Source: Rhina ancylostomus (lineage: Eukaryota). From it: 64,000 bases of DNA. The notes under the pieces are model-generated. The model had not been told where the DNA came from. It ran no database searches and worked only from the letters and a program-made list of their open reading frames with translations. Both the position numbers and the translations under genes were made by a program. This document shows, piece after piece, positions 52,555 to 64,000 of the stretch. Numbering within the stretch: the stretch's first letter is position 1; the number at the start of each line of letters is the position of its first letter. The stretch lies in the NCBI GenBank assembly GCA_030265395.1, contig JARFYF010000029.1, positions 13,594,628 through 13,658,627 on the forward strand, written 5' to 3'.

Positions 52555-54319
52555 CTTCTGGTGCTGTGAGGTACTGGGTCTACCAGCAAAGCTACTGTGC
52601 TGCAGTATGTTGGCATGCTCTTTGTATAGTGANNNNNNNNNNNNNNNNNNNNNNNNNNNNNNNNNNNNNNNNNNNNNNNNNNNNNNNNNNNNNNNNNNNN
52701 NNNNNNNNNNNNNNNNNNNNNNNNNNNNNNNNACACACACACACACAAAATCTTCTGGTGCTGTGAGGTAATGGGTCTACCAGCAATGCTACTGTGCTGC
52801 AGTATGTTGGCATGCTCTTTGTATAGTGACCAAATGGTGGTTATTGGCAGTAAATAAATACATTTTGTAGCAACTAAGTTTTTACGTCTTGGAAAAATGA
52901 TAAAATAAAAGTTGAGGGCCAACCTGTCAACAGTTCAGCAGAAGTGACTATGCCCTAGAGAAGGTCCTCACCCAGTGTTACTGAGTAGAAAGGTCAAGGA
53001 TTCAGATCCACCAGCGATGAAGGAACATTGGTAAGACAGTATGTGAATAGCAGGGGAACCTGCATATGATTACATTGCCATGTGTCAACTATTTGGAGGG
53101 ACAATTGAAATAGTATTGGTGAGTATTTGCACTGCATGTTGGGGATGGTACACACCACAGTCACAGTGCACCAGGTTTGGAGGCAATGTATATTTAGGGT
53201 GGTAAATGGGTGCCTGTCAAATAAATGACTTTTTCCCTAAAAATGTTGGGCTTTCTGTATATTGCTGGAGCTGCATTCATTNNNNNNNNNNNNNNNNNNN
53301 NNNNNNNNNNNNNNNNNNNNNNNNNNNNNNNNNNNNNNNNNNNNNNNNNNNNNNNNNNNNNNNNNNNNNNNNNNNNNNNNNGAGCTGCATTCATTCAGAC
53401 CATTAGAGAGTACTTGATTACAGTCCCAATGGAGCCTCGCAGAGAGTGGAAAGGCTCTGGGGAGTTGAGCTGCGAGTTTTCCACTGCAGGACCAGAACTG
53501 CATGTTATGGAAAACTTCAGTAATGCACGTTGCAGTCTGACACCTATTCTCTATCATTTCAGGTATGTGCATTGAAAATATCACAACTGCCACCATATCA
53601 GATTTTTGCCTCTAATTCGAAAACCTCTGAGACTTGATACCCCTGGTTACACAGAGGTTGTTTCTCCACCCTTAATGGGTATGTGGCAACCTTCTTCCTG
53701 TTAGTCCCAAAACTTTGATTACCTCAGTTCTTCAGAGCTTTGACAATGACCCATTCTCACCTTTCAAAAGCTTATTCTCCTGCAGGCATCTTGCATTCTC
53801 TGCTGCTCAAAAAGTGATACTCTCTTAATTGTTCAAAGCATCTAAGAGATTGAAAGAAGCATTAAATTTCCAGCAGTGACAATCCTGTACAAAGATACAT
53901 CACCACTTCCAGCTACCCTGAATAGAATATCAGGGTCCCAGGTGGAAAAGACCAGCCAAGGGTGGCTAGTTCTACTTAGGCACTTGCCCATCAATATTCT
54001 TCCTCAGACCATATGGGTATCTCCTGTTCCTGCTCTTGGATATGGGGATGCATGCTTGGGGGAGGAGGAATAGGGAAAAAAAGGAGGAAATTGATCAGAA
54101 ACACCATGAGTGATATCTAATCATTTTTATTTGTTGGAAAATGTTGTGAATATTTTGTATAGAGGAATGAGTGTGTGTTATAATTGTTCATTGTCAGGTT
54201 GCTCACTGACATTACTGACTAAACTCAGATCTGAAGAATGGCTGCTTGGGTAAAGTCCTTGAGAGTAACTACCGCACATGGAATCTTGGGTGTCAGTGTT
54301 TTTAAGGAGGAGAGCAAGA

Positions 54320-54898
54320 ATGCATATGGTAGGTGTATCTTCATAGGTTGAGGTGTAAAATATAAAGGTTGGGAGGTTATATTGCAACTTTACAAAACAC
54401 TGGTTAGTCTGCAGGTCTGGTCACCAAGGATGGAGCTGCAGAGGAGATGAGGACATTCACCAGGATGTTGCCTGGTTTGGAGGACTTCAATTATGGGGAG
54501 AGATTGGATAGGCTGGGCTTGTTTTCTCTGGAGTGAAGGAGGCTGAGGGGTGACCTGATAGAGTCATTGATGAGGTGGATAATCAGAATCTTCTTTCCCA
54601 ATGGTAGGTGTATCAAAACCAAGAATGCATAGATTTAAGGTGAGAGGAAGGAGGTTTAAAGGAGATCTGAGGGAATGTATTTTTTGCACACAGTAGTTGT
54701 TATCTGGAACTCACTGCAGAGGGGGTGGTAGAATCGAATACAATTTCTATTTTTTTTACAGACATTTAGACAGGCGCTTAAGTAGGCGAGGCATGGCAGG
54801 ATATGGACCTAGTGCAGGCAAATGCAATGAGTAAAAAGGTTGATATGGATGTGGTGAGCCCAAAGGCTTGTTTCTGAGCTGTATAACTCTGACTCTAT
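54320..54898 (+). mobile_element. CR1 3' fragment
   Basis: ttgcaactttacaaaacactggttag…ggctgaggggtgacctgatagag…gagctgtataactctgactcta. Confidence 0.85.
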
Positions 54899-55029
54899 AA
54901 ATTCNNNNNNNNNNNNNNNNAATTTAGGTTCTGCAATTGCCATGTTGGAACTTAAGTTTGGTTCCTGGATTGTTACTCTGATGAGTTAATCATTGCACCA
55001 CTGCCACTTGCATAACTGTAGTTTTAGAA

Positions 55030-55385
55030 GAATATGGCAATCTTATTAAAACACGTAAGATTCTGAAAGGAATATACAGAGTAGATAATAAAGGCTGTTT
55101 CCTTTGGGTGGAGAGCTTAGAACTGGAGAGAATAGCCTCAGGATAAGGGGTTGGCCACAGCCCTGACATGAAGATTCATTCTGTGCAGACAATTGTAAGT
55201 CTTTGTTATTCTCTGCCTGAGAAGTCAGCATTAGCTCAGTTGTTGGCTATTGATGGATTTGTAGGTGCCAAGGGTATCAGTGGAAATGGGGATCATGTGG
55301 AAAACTGGGTTAGAGCTGGATAGTCAGTCTTGATTTTACTGAATGGTGGAGCAGGTCCAGCTCCTGCTCTCTCTAATGTTTTTAA
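55030..55385 (+). mobile_element. CR1 3' fragment, subfamily of the 18850-19340 end
   Basis: cttattaaaacacgtaagattctg…ctcaggataagggg…gaatggtggagcagg…ctcctgctct. Confidence 0.7.
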
Positions 55386-58002
55386 CGTGCAGATATTTCA
55401 TGATCCTTTCTCAGTGCTGGTGGAGGGTGGCACTTTCTGCTGCTGAGCATGTGTTCAGCTGCTGGAGGTTGACATGTGCAAGCTGAAACATTGAGATCCA
55501 AAGTGGCTCTGCAGGCGCAAAATCAGTGGTGCGTACTGATTGCAACCGTGATCTGCCTATTCCACATACTTCCGCCTGGTGTTAATGTCGTAACCATTAG
55601 GTCTCTTCCCAATATGGCTAAAATTTCAGTTTCCATCTAGTGAGCAATTCACTGCAATACCCAAACAACAGGGGCTGTGTGCAACACTGTTTTGCAGTTA
55701 ATCTGTACTAAAATAGGTGGCTGAGGATCTTCACAATTGAAGTGTTTTGTTGGCCAGTGTTGCATTGTAGAACAGACCTTTGGGGAAAATGAATTATGCT
55801 CCAAATGAGATTCCCCCATCTTCTTCATTTGATCTTGACAATATAACCTTAAGTACTTTAATCTCTTGTGTTGCATCACCTCTCCCTAAAACATAGCTAT
55901 GTTGCAAGTTGCACAACACCCTGACCTGTGTCTAAATTCTAGATCTCCCTGCTCAACAGTTGGGAATACCCTTTTTATTGGGGTTACAGTGGGTCATGAA
56001 AGTGGATCATCACCACCACCTCAAGGGCCATTAGGTCAGGAAGAATTATTGTTTGCCTCCCCAGTGACACTCACATTGTCTATATCCATATTAAAAGTGA
56101 ACTTGCAGTATGGAACTGCCACTTCAGCAGCAGAGATAAAGGTACCTGTCTGAGATTGTGGCTGAGACATGTTTTTGAACAGGGCTTTGTGTTTTACTCT
56201 GCAATTGCTTGTTTTTTCCCCTCACATTTTGATCTATTGGTGCAATTGTCAGAATACTGTGCACATTTGTGCAGATCGTATCTGTGGGTGCTCCAGATTG
56301 TGGAAGAACCTATTTCAGACAATGATTACAGGCAGTCTTGTTAATTATAGGGACAGTTTAACTCAGAAGTTCAGAAGTTTCTTATAAAGCAGATAAAAGA
56401 AATTGAAGGAAGTCAAAAGTCAGGGAGTGTACACATAGGTGAAAAAGAAATAGAATGTTGCAAAAAACTGAAGGATCAAATGCACTAATAACTCATGGTA
56501 ATCGAGGTAGCTTTTTTTTAAACAAGGTTTCTCTGAAGAATTATGGCACTTTAATATTTTAACCTTTGGTCAAGTTGTGTGTTCTGTTCAAACAGTGTGA
56601 ATTGCAAACACTTTGTGCCATCTTAGCAGCTGATAGCTATTGAAGGCTGCCATTTATTCTCCTCTGCTCAGAAAAAGTATAATGACTACCTTTGTCCATA
56701 CATTGATTGGATTGCACGTCAGATAAAGGCTCTTGAGAGCTTGCAATTAGCATGAAATTTGAAAAGAAAATGTAACCTCTGCTACTGATGCTGGATGGGT
56801 TGCTGTGGGCCTCTGGTGATGACTTGTTGGCTTCAGGTGGCTGGTTGACGTTGCTCGTCAGCAAGACTTCCTAAACTAAGTGTCTTAGCTGGTCGTGAGA
56901 TAAAATTACTGTCATTAGCAGCATCTTTTATGGCATTAATATATTATACATAATGAGTAAAATACACCTGAAAATACTTATATCAGTGCAATATGAAGTG
57001 CCTTTAAAATGTTGGGAAATGTATCAAATATCAGTATTCTGTGAGTCTGTGCTTAGACTAAGTTTCAGAACAAATTCTTGGCTCAATTAACAGACGGCAA
57101 CAAATCTTTTTTCTTCCTATGAATGTTTTTTCTTTTCAGTCACGTGGTCCAATTGAAAATGCACAATAAAAATACCATGAGTCACATTTGTCCTTTTTTG
57201 TAACCATGGTTGTGAAAATCACAGGTAGATTTTCATATTCAAAATTCCTCTGATATTAATCCAGGCAAAACTATTTGATGAGCAACTTAAATAGAACTAA
57301 TTAGAATTTGCCTACTGGAAAATTTTGATAGAAAACTAATGTTTGGATGCTTTATTAGCATGGTGTAAGAACCAGCCTTTTCCTCTTTATGCTGTCATGT
57401 TGGAAGTGTTTCCCAGGTGTTTTGCCAAGTTGATTTAAACCTAAATAAATTCTTTACAAAGGTCATGTGCTGAGGACGAGATTAGGGATGCTTGGCATTC
57501 AGCTTGTTTGGTCTTGTTATCTTTACAAGACTCATTACGACTCATCTCTTCCTCCATCTGGAAAAAGCCCTCAAGGAACTAAAAGCTTGAAAGATTTCAC
57601 TTAAAAAGATGTGACAGGGAATCAAAATACATTAAAGTTCAAACACCAAAAAATGCAGATATTGGATTTAAAGAACATGACCCCTTCTTTACTATGAACA
57701 AATAAACGCAAGCAAGATTCTTCTTCAGTAAATGCTTTGGCTTTCTCGAGGATGCAAAAGTAAGTAATTCTGTTAATTTTTAATAACTGCCACAGATAAC
57801 CAAGACAGTAGTGTGTTAGACCGAGACAATTTTATTAATAATACCAATTAAAAGGTAATTATTTTGTATGGGGCTGTGCTCACTCAATGACCAAGATGCC
57901 ACTGAATCTCACAGATTGGAGAGGTTCCATATTTCAGTCCCAAACTATAAAGTGACGACTGAAATAAGTAATATCAGTCAGCATTTCCACTTCTGATCCT
58001 TT

Positions 58003-58104
58003 TCACTTACCTGTGTGAGAAAGATCAGGCTTTTGTTTTGTTTTCAGCTCAGGGTCACTTACCTGTGTGAGAAAGATCAGGCTTTTGTTTTGTTTTCAGC
58101 TCAG
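58003..58104. repeat. Perfect 50-bp direct duplication with a 2-nt spacer
   Basis: tcacttacctgtgtgagaaagatcaggcttttgttttgttttcagctcag at 58003-58052 and 58055-58104. Confidence 0.9.
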
Positions 58105-58629
58105 ACTAGAAGTAAGGACAGTTTTGATTCTCTTTCTATGATTCAGGTCGCTACAAAACTCAACATCATAATTATGGACATTTCATAATGATTTCCTGAC
58201 TTGCTATGCTAACGATTTGACAAAGGAATTAACAAGTAAATTTATGCAATGTTTTTGCTGAAGATAAGACTGAGCTTACAATTCTATGTAACATACAACC
58301 AGCAATTGGCTAATTTGAAGCAAGCACAAACACACTATGTCAAAATATTTTTTTTGATAACTACAGAACCTTTGAACAATAGAGTCCAGGAGGAGAACAT
58401 TTAGCCAATGGATCTCTGCTAGTTTCCATTGGTCTTTATTGCTTCATCTGCTACTTTTGTACCTTGAGAATTATGTATTTGAACCCCAAGACATTTCTGT
58501 TATCCATACTCTTCCCCATCTTTACATTCAGTACGTACTCCCATTCACCTCTTTAAAGTTATTGACCTTATCCACATTCACTTATATTTACTGCCTGATT
58601 TGTCTCACCTCATACTTTCATGTTTCTCA

Positions 58630-58950
58630 TGACACAGAAGGAGGCCATTCAGCCCTTTGCGTCTATGCTGGTTCTCCAACCACTCCCATCAGCTCCCTTC
58701 CCCACCTGTTTCCCTGTAACCTATTCTCTGATGTCCACCAATTCCACCCTGATTCTCCTACTACCTATCTACACGAGGGATAATTTACAGTCGTCAGATA
58801 ACCTACCAGCTGGACTGTCTTTGGGATATGGGAGAACATCTGTAATCACAGGGAAAACATACAAATTCTACACAAACAGTAGCCAAGGTCATGATCAAAC
58901 TTGGGTCACTGGAAGCTCTGAGACAGCAGAACTACCTGCTGTGCTACTGC
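58630..58950 (-). mobile_element. Diverged V-SINE
   Basis: gacacagaaggaggccattcagccc…tctttgggatatgggag…acatacaaattctacacaaacag…ctgctgtgc. Confidence 0.7.
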
Positions 58951-59112
58951 ATTGCTCTGATCTGATAATCCACCAATATTTTCTTGAAGTCTTCCACCTT
59001 ATTTATTGCTCGCTAAACCCAGAGTCAGCAGCACACGTTTAACATTTTGTTCCAATGCCCAAGTGAAAATCATCAATGTACACCCAGAATAAAAGTGACT
59101 GATTTTCAGTTG

Positions 59113-59230
59113 TCAGCCTTGATTCAGTGGTAGCACATGCACCTCTGAACCGAAGATCTTAGGTTCAAGCATATAATTTAGTCTGCCACAATGTGGTGCT
59201 AAGAGATTGCTGCATAGCCTGATGTCACCG
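59113..59230 (+). mobile_element. Deu-SINE 5' head
   Basis: gccttgattcagtggtagcacatgcacctctgaaccgaagatcttaggttcaagc, the reverse-complement homolog of 9185-9260. Confidence 0.55.
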
Positions 59231-59274
59231 AATGGCTGCTGTCTATTCTGAGGAGGGGTTGTTAACACATGAAT

Positions 59275-59590
59275 GGTGTGGTCCACATCAGTATCAATGG
59301 AAAAGGTGATAAGGTCCTGACAGCAGATTTTAGGGAGTTNNNNNNNNNNTAACAAGCAAGTTAACCCTTAGAGCCTGAATCTCCGGTGGCATGTGTTAGT
59401 GAGTACTGAACCAGGAGGATAGGTTTGAATTTACAATTTGCAAAGCAGGGTTTAGATTTCTGGGACAATGATACCAGTTCTGGGAGGCCTGTACAAGCCA
59501 GGATGGTTGCACCTTAAGAAAGCTGATGCTGATGTCCTGGGGATTGGGGAGAAGTGTGACTGAGGGAAAGGGAGAATTTAAACCAATTTC
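59275..59590 (+). mobile_element. CR1 ORF1 (SGNH esterase) remnant
   Basis: VVHISIN (VHIGTND), DFRE, GFRFLG, DG-LHL motifs. Confidence 0.6.
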
Positions 59591-60781
59591 CCAATGAGTT
59601 AGGCTCCAGGTTTTAATATAAGAAAAGAGAAATAAGATGCCCATTATTGGGAGAAGCAGAAAGTGACCCCTCCCTTCTCAGACCACCAAGGCACTTTCTC
59701 CCCCACTATACACAGCAAGCGACTCTCACCTAATCTTCACTGCAACCAAACATCCTGAACACTTTTACAAACTGCTAACCTGACTCCTCTTGTGAACCAC
59801 TGACCAGAACTCCCCATAAGCTTCCTGATCTCTGGCTGCTGACACCCCCAGCCCCCTCCTGACCCCCACCCTCCTACCTTTTCTGTGGGCCTCTTTTCTG
59901 CAGTCCTTATTCCAGCAGTGAACTTCCTTGATTTTTTTTTTGCTATGTTCTGCGATGCATAAGGCCTATTCAGTAGGCACATACTCTGAGCCCTAAGCAC
60001 TACTGAATTTTACAGCAGTAGTTCATGGAAATCATCATTCATTGAAATCTGCCAATACGCTGACGGTTTATCATGCCTAAACTGCTGCCATTTTCCACAT
60101 GGATATCTTAAATCTCACTCATTTATCTTGGTGTCAGGATGTAATCATCCACCTTTCATCAGAGGCACTTGGGTCACGGAACAAAAAAATAGTCAGTTTA
60201 GTATATTGGACCTGACTTAAAGGCAGGTTTTAAACAAAGCGAGGAAGGCAGGCAGAAAATGAATGCAAGCACTAGAGGCAAAGCAATAAATGTGGAATTT
60301 CTATCCAATTTTAAAACTCAAAATAAAGCCTTCCAACCACTTTGAATGCAGAATTGCCACAGCTGACAGCAATTTCACGTGAATGGACTAAAGGCAGGGT
60401 GTCAATTCAACTTAACAGCAGAGCGTTCCACGAAAAACACATCTGTCACCTGAAAATAGTATGATTTAATTTAAATCACTTTAGAACAGCTGGATCAGAA
60501 ATGACTGCTAATTAGTTACCATCTTTATCTTTGTTCATCAGTGACTAAGATTGGAATATTGCGCAAAACTGACACTTAATTTAGCACTGGTGGCCATTAG
60601 CATTTTAACTGTATAAAGGAGCAATTGGTTAATGGCAGTACAAGTGGAACAGGACTTCCAGAAGCTGCAATAAAATGGCAAAGGGTACATACCGCACTTC
60701 TGAACTATTAAAAATAAAAGAAAACGCTAGAAGTACTCAACAGGTCAAGCAACAACCACAATATTAAAAGCATAATTATTG

Positions 60782-61258
60782 TAAATTGGTAAATTGGGTT
60801 ATTATTGTCACATGTATTGAGGTACAGTGAAAAACCTTGTTTTGCCTGCCATCCATACAGATCACTTCATTACAGCAGTGCGTTGAGGTAGTACATGGGA
60901 AAATTATAACCAAATGCAGAATAAAGTTTTACAGTTACTGAGAAAGTGCAGTGCAGGTAGACAATAAGGTGCAAGGTAATAACGAGCTAGATTGTGAGGT
61001 CAAGAGTCCATCTTATCATACTAGGGGACAGTTCAATAGTCTTATAACAGGGGATAGAAGCTGTCTTTGAGCCTAGTGGTACGTGCTTTCAGGCTTTTGT
61101 ATCTTCTGCCCAATGGGAGAGGGGAAGAGAGTGCAGACAGAGTCCGTGGAGGGGAGGCTGGTTTCTATGATGTGCTGTGTCCACGGCTCTCTACAGTTTC
61201 TTGCAGTCTCCAGCAGAGCAGTTGCCATACCAAGCTGTGATGCATCTGGATAGGATGT
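60782..61258 (-). mobile_element. Rex1/Babar-like LINE 3' fragment with an internal deletion
   Basis: Reverse of 3150-3510: PLPLGRRYKSLKARTTRLKDSFY; tail aataacccaatttaccaatttac. Confidence 0.85.
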
Positions 61259-61779
61259 CTTTAGGATTGTCTTTATTAATGAATAATTTTTGTATACTTG
61301 AATCTCCTCCTGAGGTAATTTCCTTTTCTAATGCTTTGGATGCTGTTAATTTTCTTCACACCATTAAAATACAGACTTGAATTCCCTATTTTATCTACAA
61401 CATACTGAGTTTCCATGATGCATCGCAAACATGCAGACTCTCCTCAGGGCTTTGGAGGCAAACACCACAAATACAAAATACCTTCCTCTGGGTTGCCATG
61501 TGATCATCTGAGAGGGCATTTGTTTCTGGGAGACTCCACTCTGTCTGTGAGGATTGACATTGTGGTAGCCAATGTAAGTTTCAAAATCAATAATTCATTG
61601 AGGTTTTGAATAGGTGGCAGCAGTGATGGGGGGTGGGGATGTTCACCTTTCATTTAAAACTTTACAGTACTAGCTATATAAAAGCTGTGGCTACAGGAAC
61701 AGGTTCAAGATTGGGTATCCAACAGTTAGTCAGTCATTTCCTAACTCTCCAAGACTTTCCACCATCTGCAAAGCAGAAA

Positions 61780-62300
61780 TAGAACTGCAATGCAATGCTT
61801 GCCTGGATGAGTGCAGCTCCAATATTGCACAAGTATCATAACGTTACCCAGAAAAAAAGCAGGCCTCTTGAATGATACCACTTCTACTTGCAGCTCATCC
61901 TCCACCACTGGCACACCATGGCTGTGGTGTGTACCACTTATAAAATGAGCTGCAGCAATTTGCCTTTGCATCGTTGAAAGCGCCTCCCAAGCCTGTGGCC
62001 TCGTGTACAAAGAAGGACAGGGGCAACATGGATGTGGGTTTGATACCTGCAATATTGCAGATGTTTGGATATTGCCCTGTTTCTATAAATGCCTTTCACT
62101 CTCAAAATGACTGCATTATGCATCTTATGTTATCATGTCTTGGTAAAATGTTGCTGTTCCTCCATCATCTGGAACTCCTTTTCCAACAGCACTGTGGGAA
62201 TGCCTTCATCACAAGGACTGTAGTACTTGGAGGAAGCTGCTCACCACCACCACCACCAGTATTATTTCATGGGAAGTTAGGGATGGCCATGCCAAAGATG
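61780..62300 (+). mobile_element. 3' end of an old CR1-group LINE
   Basis: LAWMSAAP, LHHWHTMAVV, ctggaactccttttccaacagcactgtggg, gctgctcaccaccac…tagggatgg. Confidence 0.7.
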
Positions 62301-63169
62301 TCTGCCTCCAAAAAATTAATTTAAATCTGATTAGAGCTGGCTTTTCCATATGTACTGCACTCAAGAATGCATCATAATCTATTGCAAAGGGCATGTTGCA
62401 CATTTGTCAACAACTGCAGTGGATACAAGGCAGCACCGTCTGCTGCAAGGACACCCATGGCTACCTGTTATGGCACAATGGTAATTACAGCCTAAAACCC
62501 ATGCTGCACCAACTTCAGCTAAACTGAACTGGACAATCAGTTTTAATCCATACTGGCATGTCTGCAGACTTGTACCTGAACTTAAGATTTCATTTCCCTT
62601 CCTTTATAATCTGTCACTGGTGAAGGTTGACAATGAGTTAAGGCACCTTCTTGAAATTTGCTAAAAGCTTTCGCAGGTTCTGTAACCCTATGATGAACTT
62701 CCTTTTTTTTGTCCTTGTCCCTTTTAAAATTCACAAGCACATGCTTTTTGCACCAGCCATTATTTACATCCATATCTGAATCTGGAGCTGTGAATAATTA
62801 TTATAATCACCTGACTTAGAAAATTTGGAGTGAAGCTGGCATGCTTTCAATTTAAAACTACTGCCATCCATTTGAACAAAAACTGCACCACGTCCAAAAA
62901 TCCAAGTTTGTGCTTGAGATCGTAAGCACTGTTTGAGAAGAGAAAGTGTGTGAGATGCATGCATAATATGGTCATATTGAGAGTGAAAAGTATATGTACC
63001 AACCAAGGTGACAATAGTGGAGTAATGTGCACAACAGCTGAAATAGAATGGAATAGTCAGAAACAAATACCATTTTAATGTTCACAAATGCTACTGTTAC
63101 CTTTTCACCATTTAATATTGAAGTAGTTTCCCAGAAAGTATCTATAATGACTGACCATCCAGTCAACAA

Positions 63170-63930
63170 GAGTCAGGCTCAGGCTGAAGTGTTTGCAACC
63201 ATTTATATGTAACAAGTAGATGAGGACCAAAGCAATAATCGATCCTGCTACGTCATCACCATCTACTTCATAGGGGAAAAATTTGCCAAAGTGTGCCTTG
63301 AATGGAAGAGTCAGGTCCAGTTACAGTTAGATCAGTCTGCTTAGAATTATTAGCCAAGTGACAGAGGAAGAGACTACCAATAGCGCTTTCACTTGTGACT
63401 CATTCACCAGTAGCCTACTTCCTTTAGGCAGTGCGAGTTCTGCTGGGGTGACTTGGCTGCAAACCTCTTCACCACCTTGGTCCAAAGCTGAATTCCAGAG
63501 GTGAGGTCAGAATGAATGGCTTTGACCCCAGGGCAGCATTTGATTGAATGTGGCATCAAGTAAAATTAAAATTGATGGGAAATGGGAATAACTCTCCACT
63601 GGCTGGAGTCATACCTTAATATAAAGGGAAATTAGTAGTGATTGATGAAGGCTAATGCTTTTATCCCCAAAGTATTGCTGGAAGAATTCCTTCGGGCAGT
63701 GTTCCAGGCCTGACCACCTTTAGCTGCTTCATCTGTGACCTTCATAAAGTCATGCACCACCTTGACATGGATGTATATGGCTATTTCTTCATCAAAATCT
63801 GTTCCCCATAGTAACACTCCTCACCACTAAGATGGCAGTGGTTCAAGAAGAGAGCTTATCACCACCTTGAGAGCGATAAGTGAAGGACAATAAATACTAA
63901 TCTTGATTTTGGCACTGTTATTCCACATAC
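63170..63930 (+). mobile_element. Old CR1-group LINE RT remnant plus tail
   Basis: Homologous to 9680-10520 (ggctgaagtgtttgcaaccat; gctgaattccagaggtgagg; ggctggagtcatacct). Confidence 0.65.
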
Positions 63931-64000
63931 AGTTTACAATCACAGAAATTCATGGGACTGTAAATGAAAACATTTGGTACATGTCCATGCCAGCTTAAAA

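Larger units (their letters stand above)
25105..64000 (+). other. Intron of the SCUBE gene downstream of the EGF3 exon (3' end outside window)
   Basis: Begins GTGAGT. The next expected exon (EGMNCMNKDHGCAHIC-like) was not seen, but a short exon could be missed by eye or hidden in a gap. Confidence 0.65.

Noticed and set aside
52380-52922. Longest ORFs (up to 180 aa, HT/CV repeats) and an apparent duplication across the gap
   Set aside because: The ORFs come from a (CA)n tract plus Ns. The sequence repeated on both sides of a 100-N gap is most likely unmerged contig or haplotype overlap.
56156-56344. CAHLCR peptide resembling the next SCUBE exon (GCAHICR)
   Set aside because: Lacks the rest of the EGF cysteine pattern and a fitting acceptor; chance match.
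1-64000. CRISPR array, operon or prokaryotic defence-type system
   Set aside because: This is vertebrate intronic DNA, with no regularly spaced repeat-spacer array and no long intact ORFs.

Overview
This is AT-rich eukaryotic genomic DNA, almost certainly from a cartilaginous fish. That call is inferred from the repeats: HE1/V-SINE-like and Deu-domain SINEs, CR1/HER1-like LINEs, Rex1/Babar-like LINEs and Penelope elements. The window lies inside a SCUBE-family gene, best match SCUBE1, on the + strand. I can support only one coding exon: 24970-25104, a 135-nt phase 1-1 calcium-binding EGF exon. The rest is two long introns filled with decayed retroelements, one Tc1/mariner-type MITE, tandem duplications, candidate conserved non-coding elements and about 12 N gaps. 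Nearly all ORFs in the supplied track are spurious or transposon remnants. I see no evidence for a new protein-coding system. The most interesting signals are: (i) a Penelope element with an inverted 5' pLTR and decayed minimal hammerhead-ribozyme motifs; (ii) two unexplained fold-back elements at 1112-1200 and about 13960-14375; (iii) SINEs that share a head but carry different LINE-derived tails. Repeat boundaries were read by eye and are approximate, and family names come from recalled consensus motifs, not database searches.
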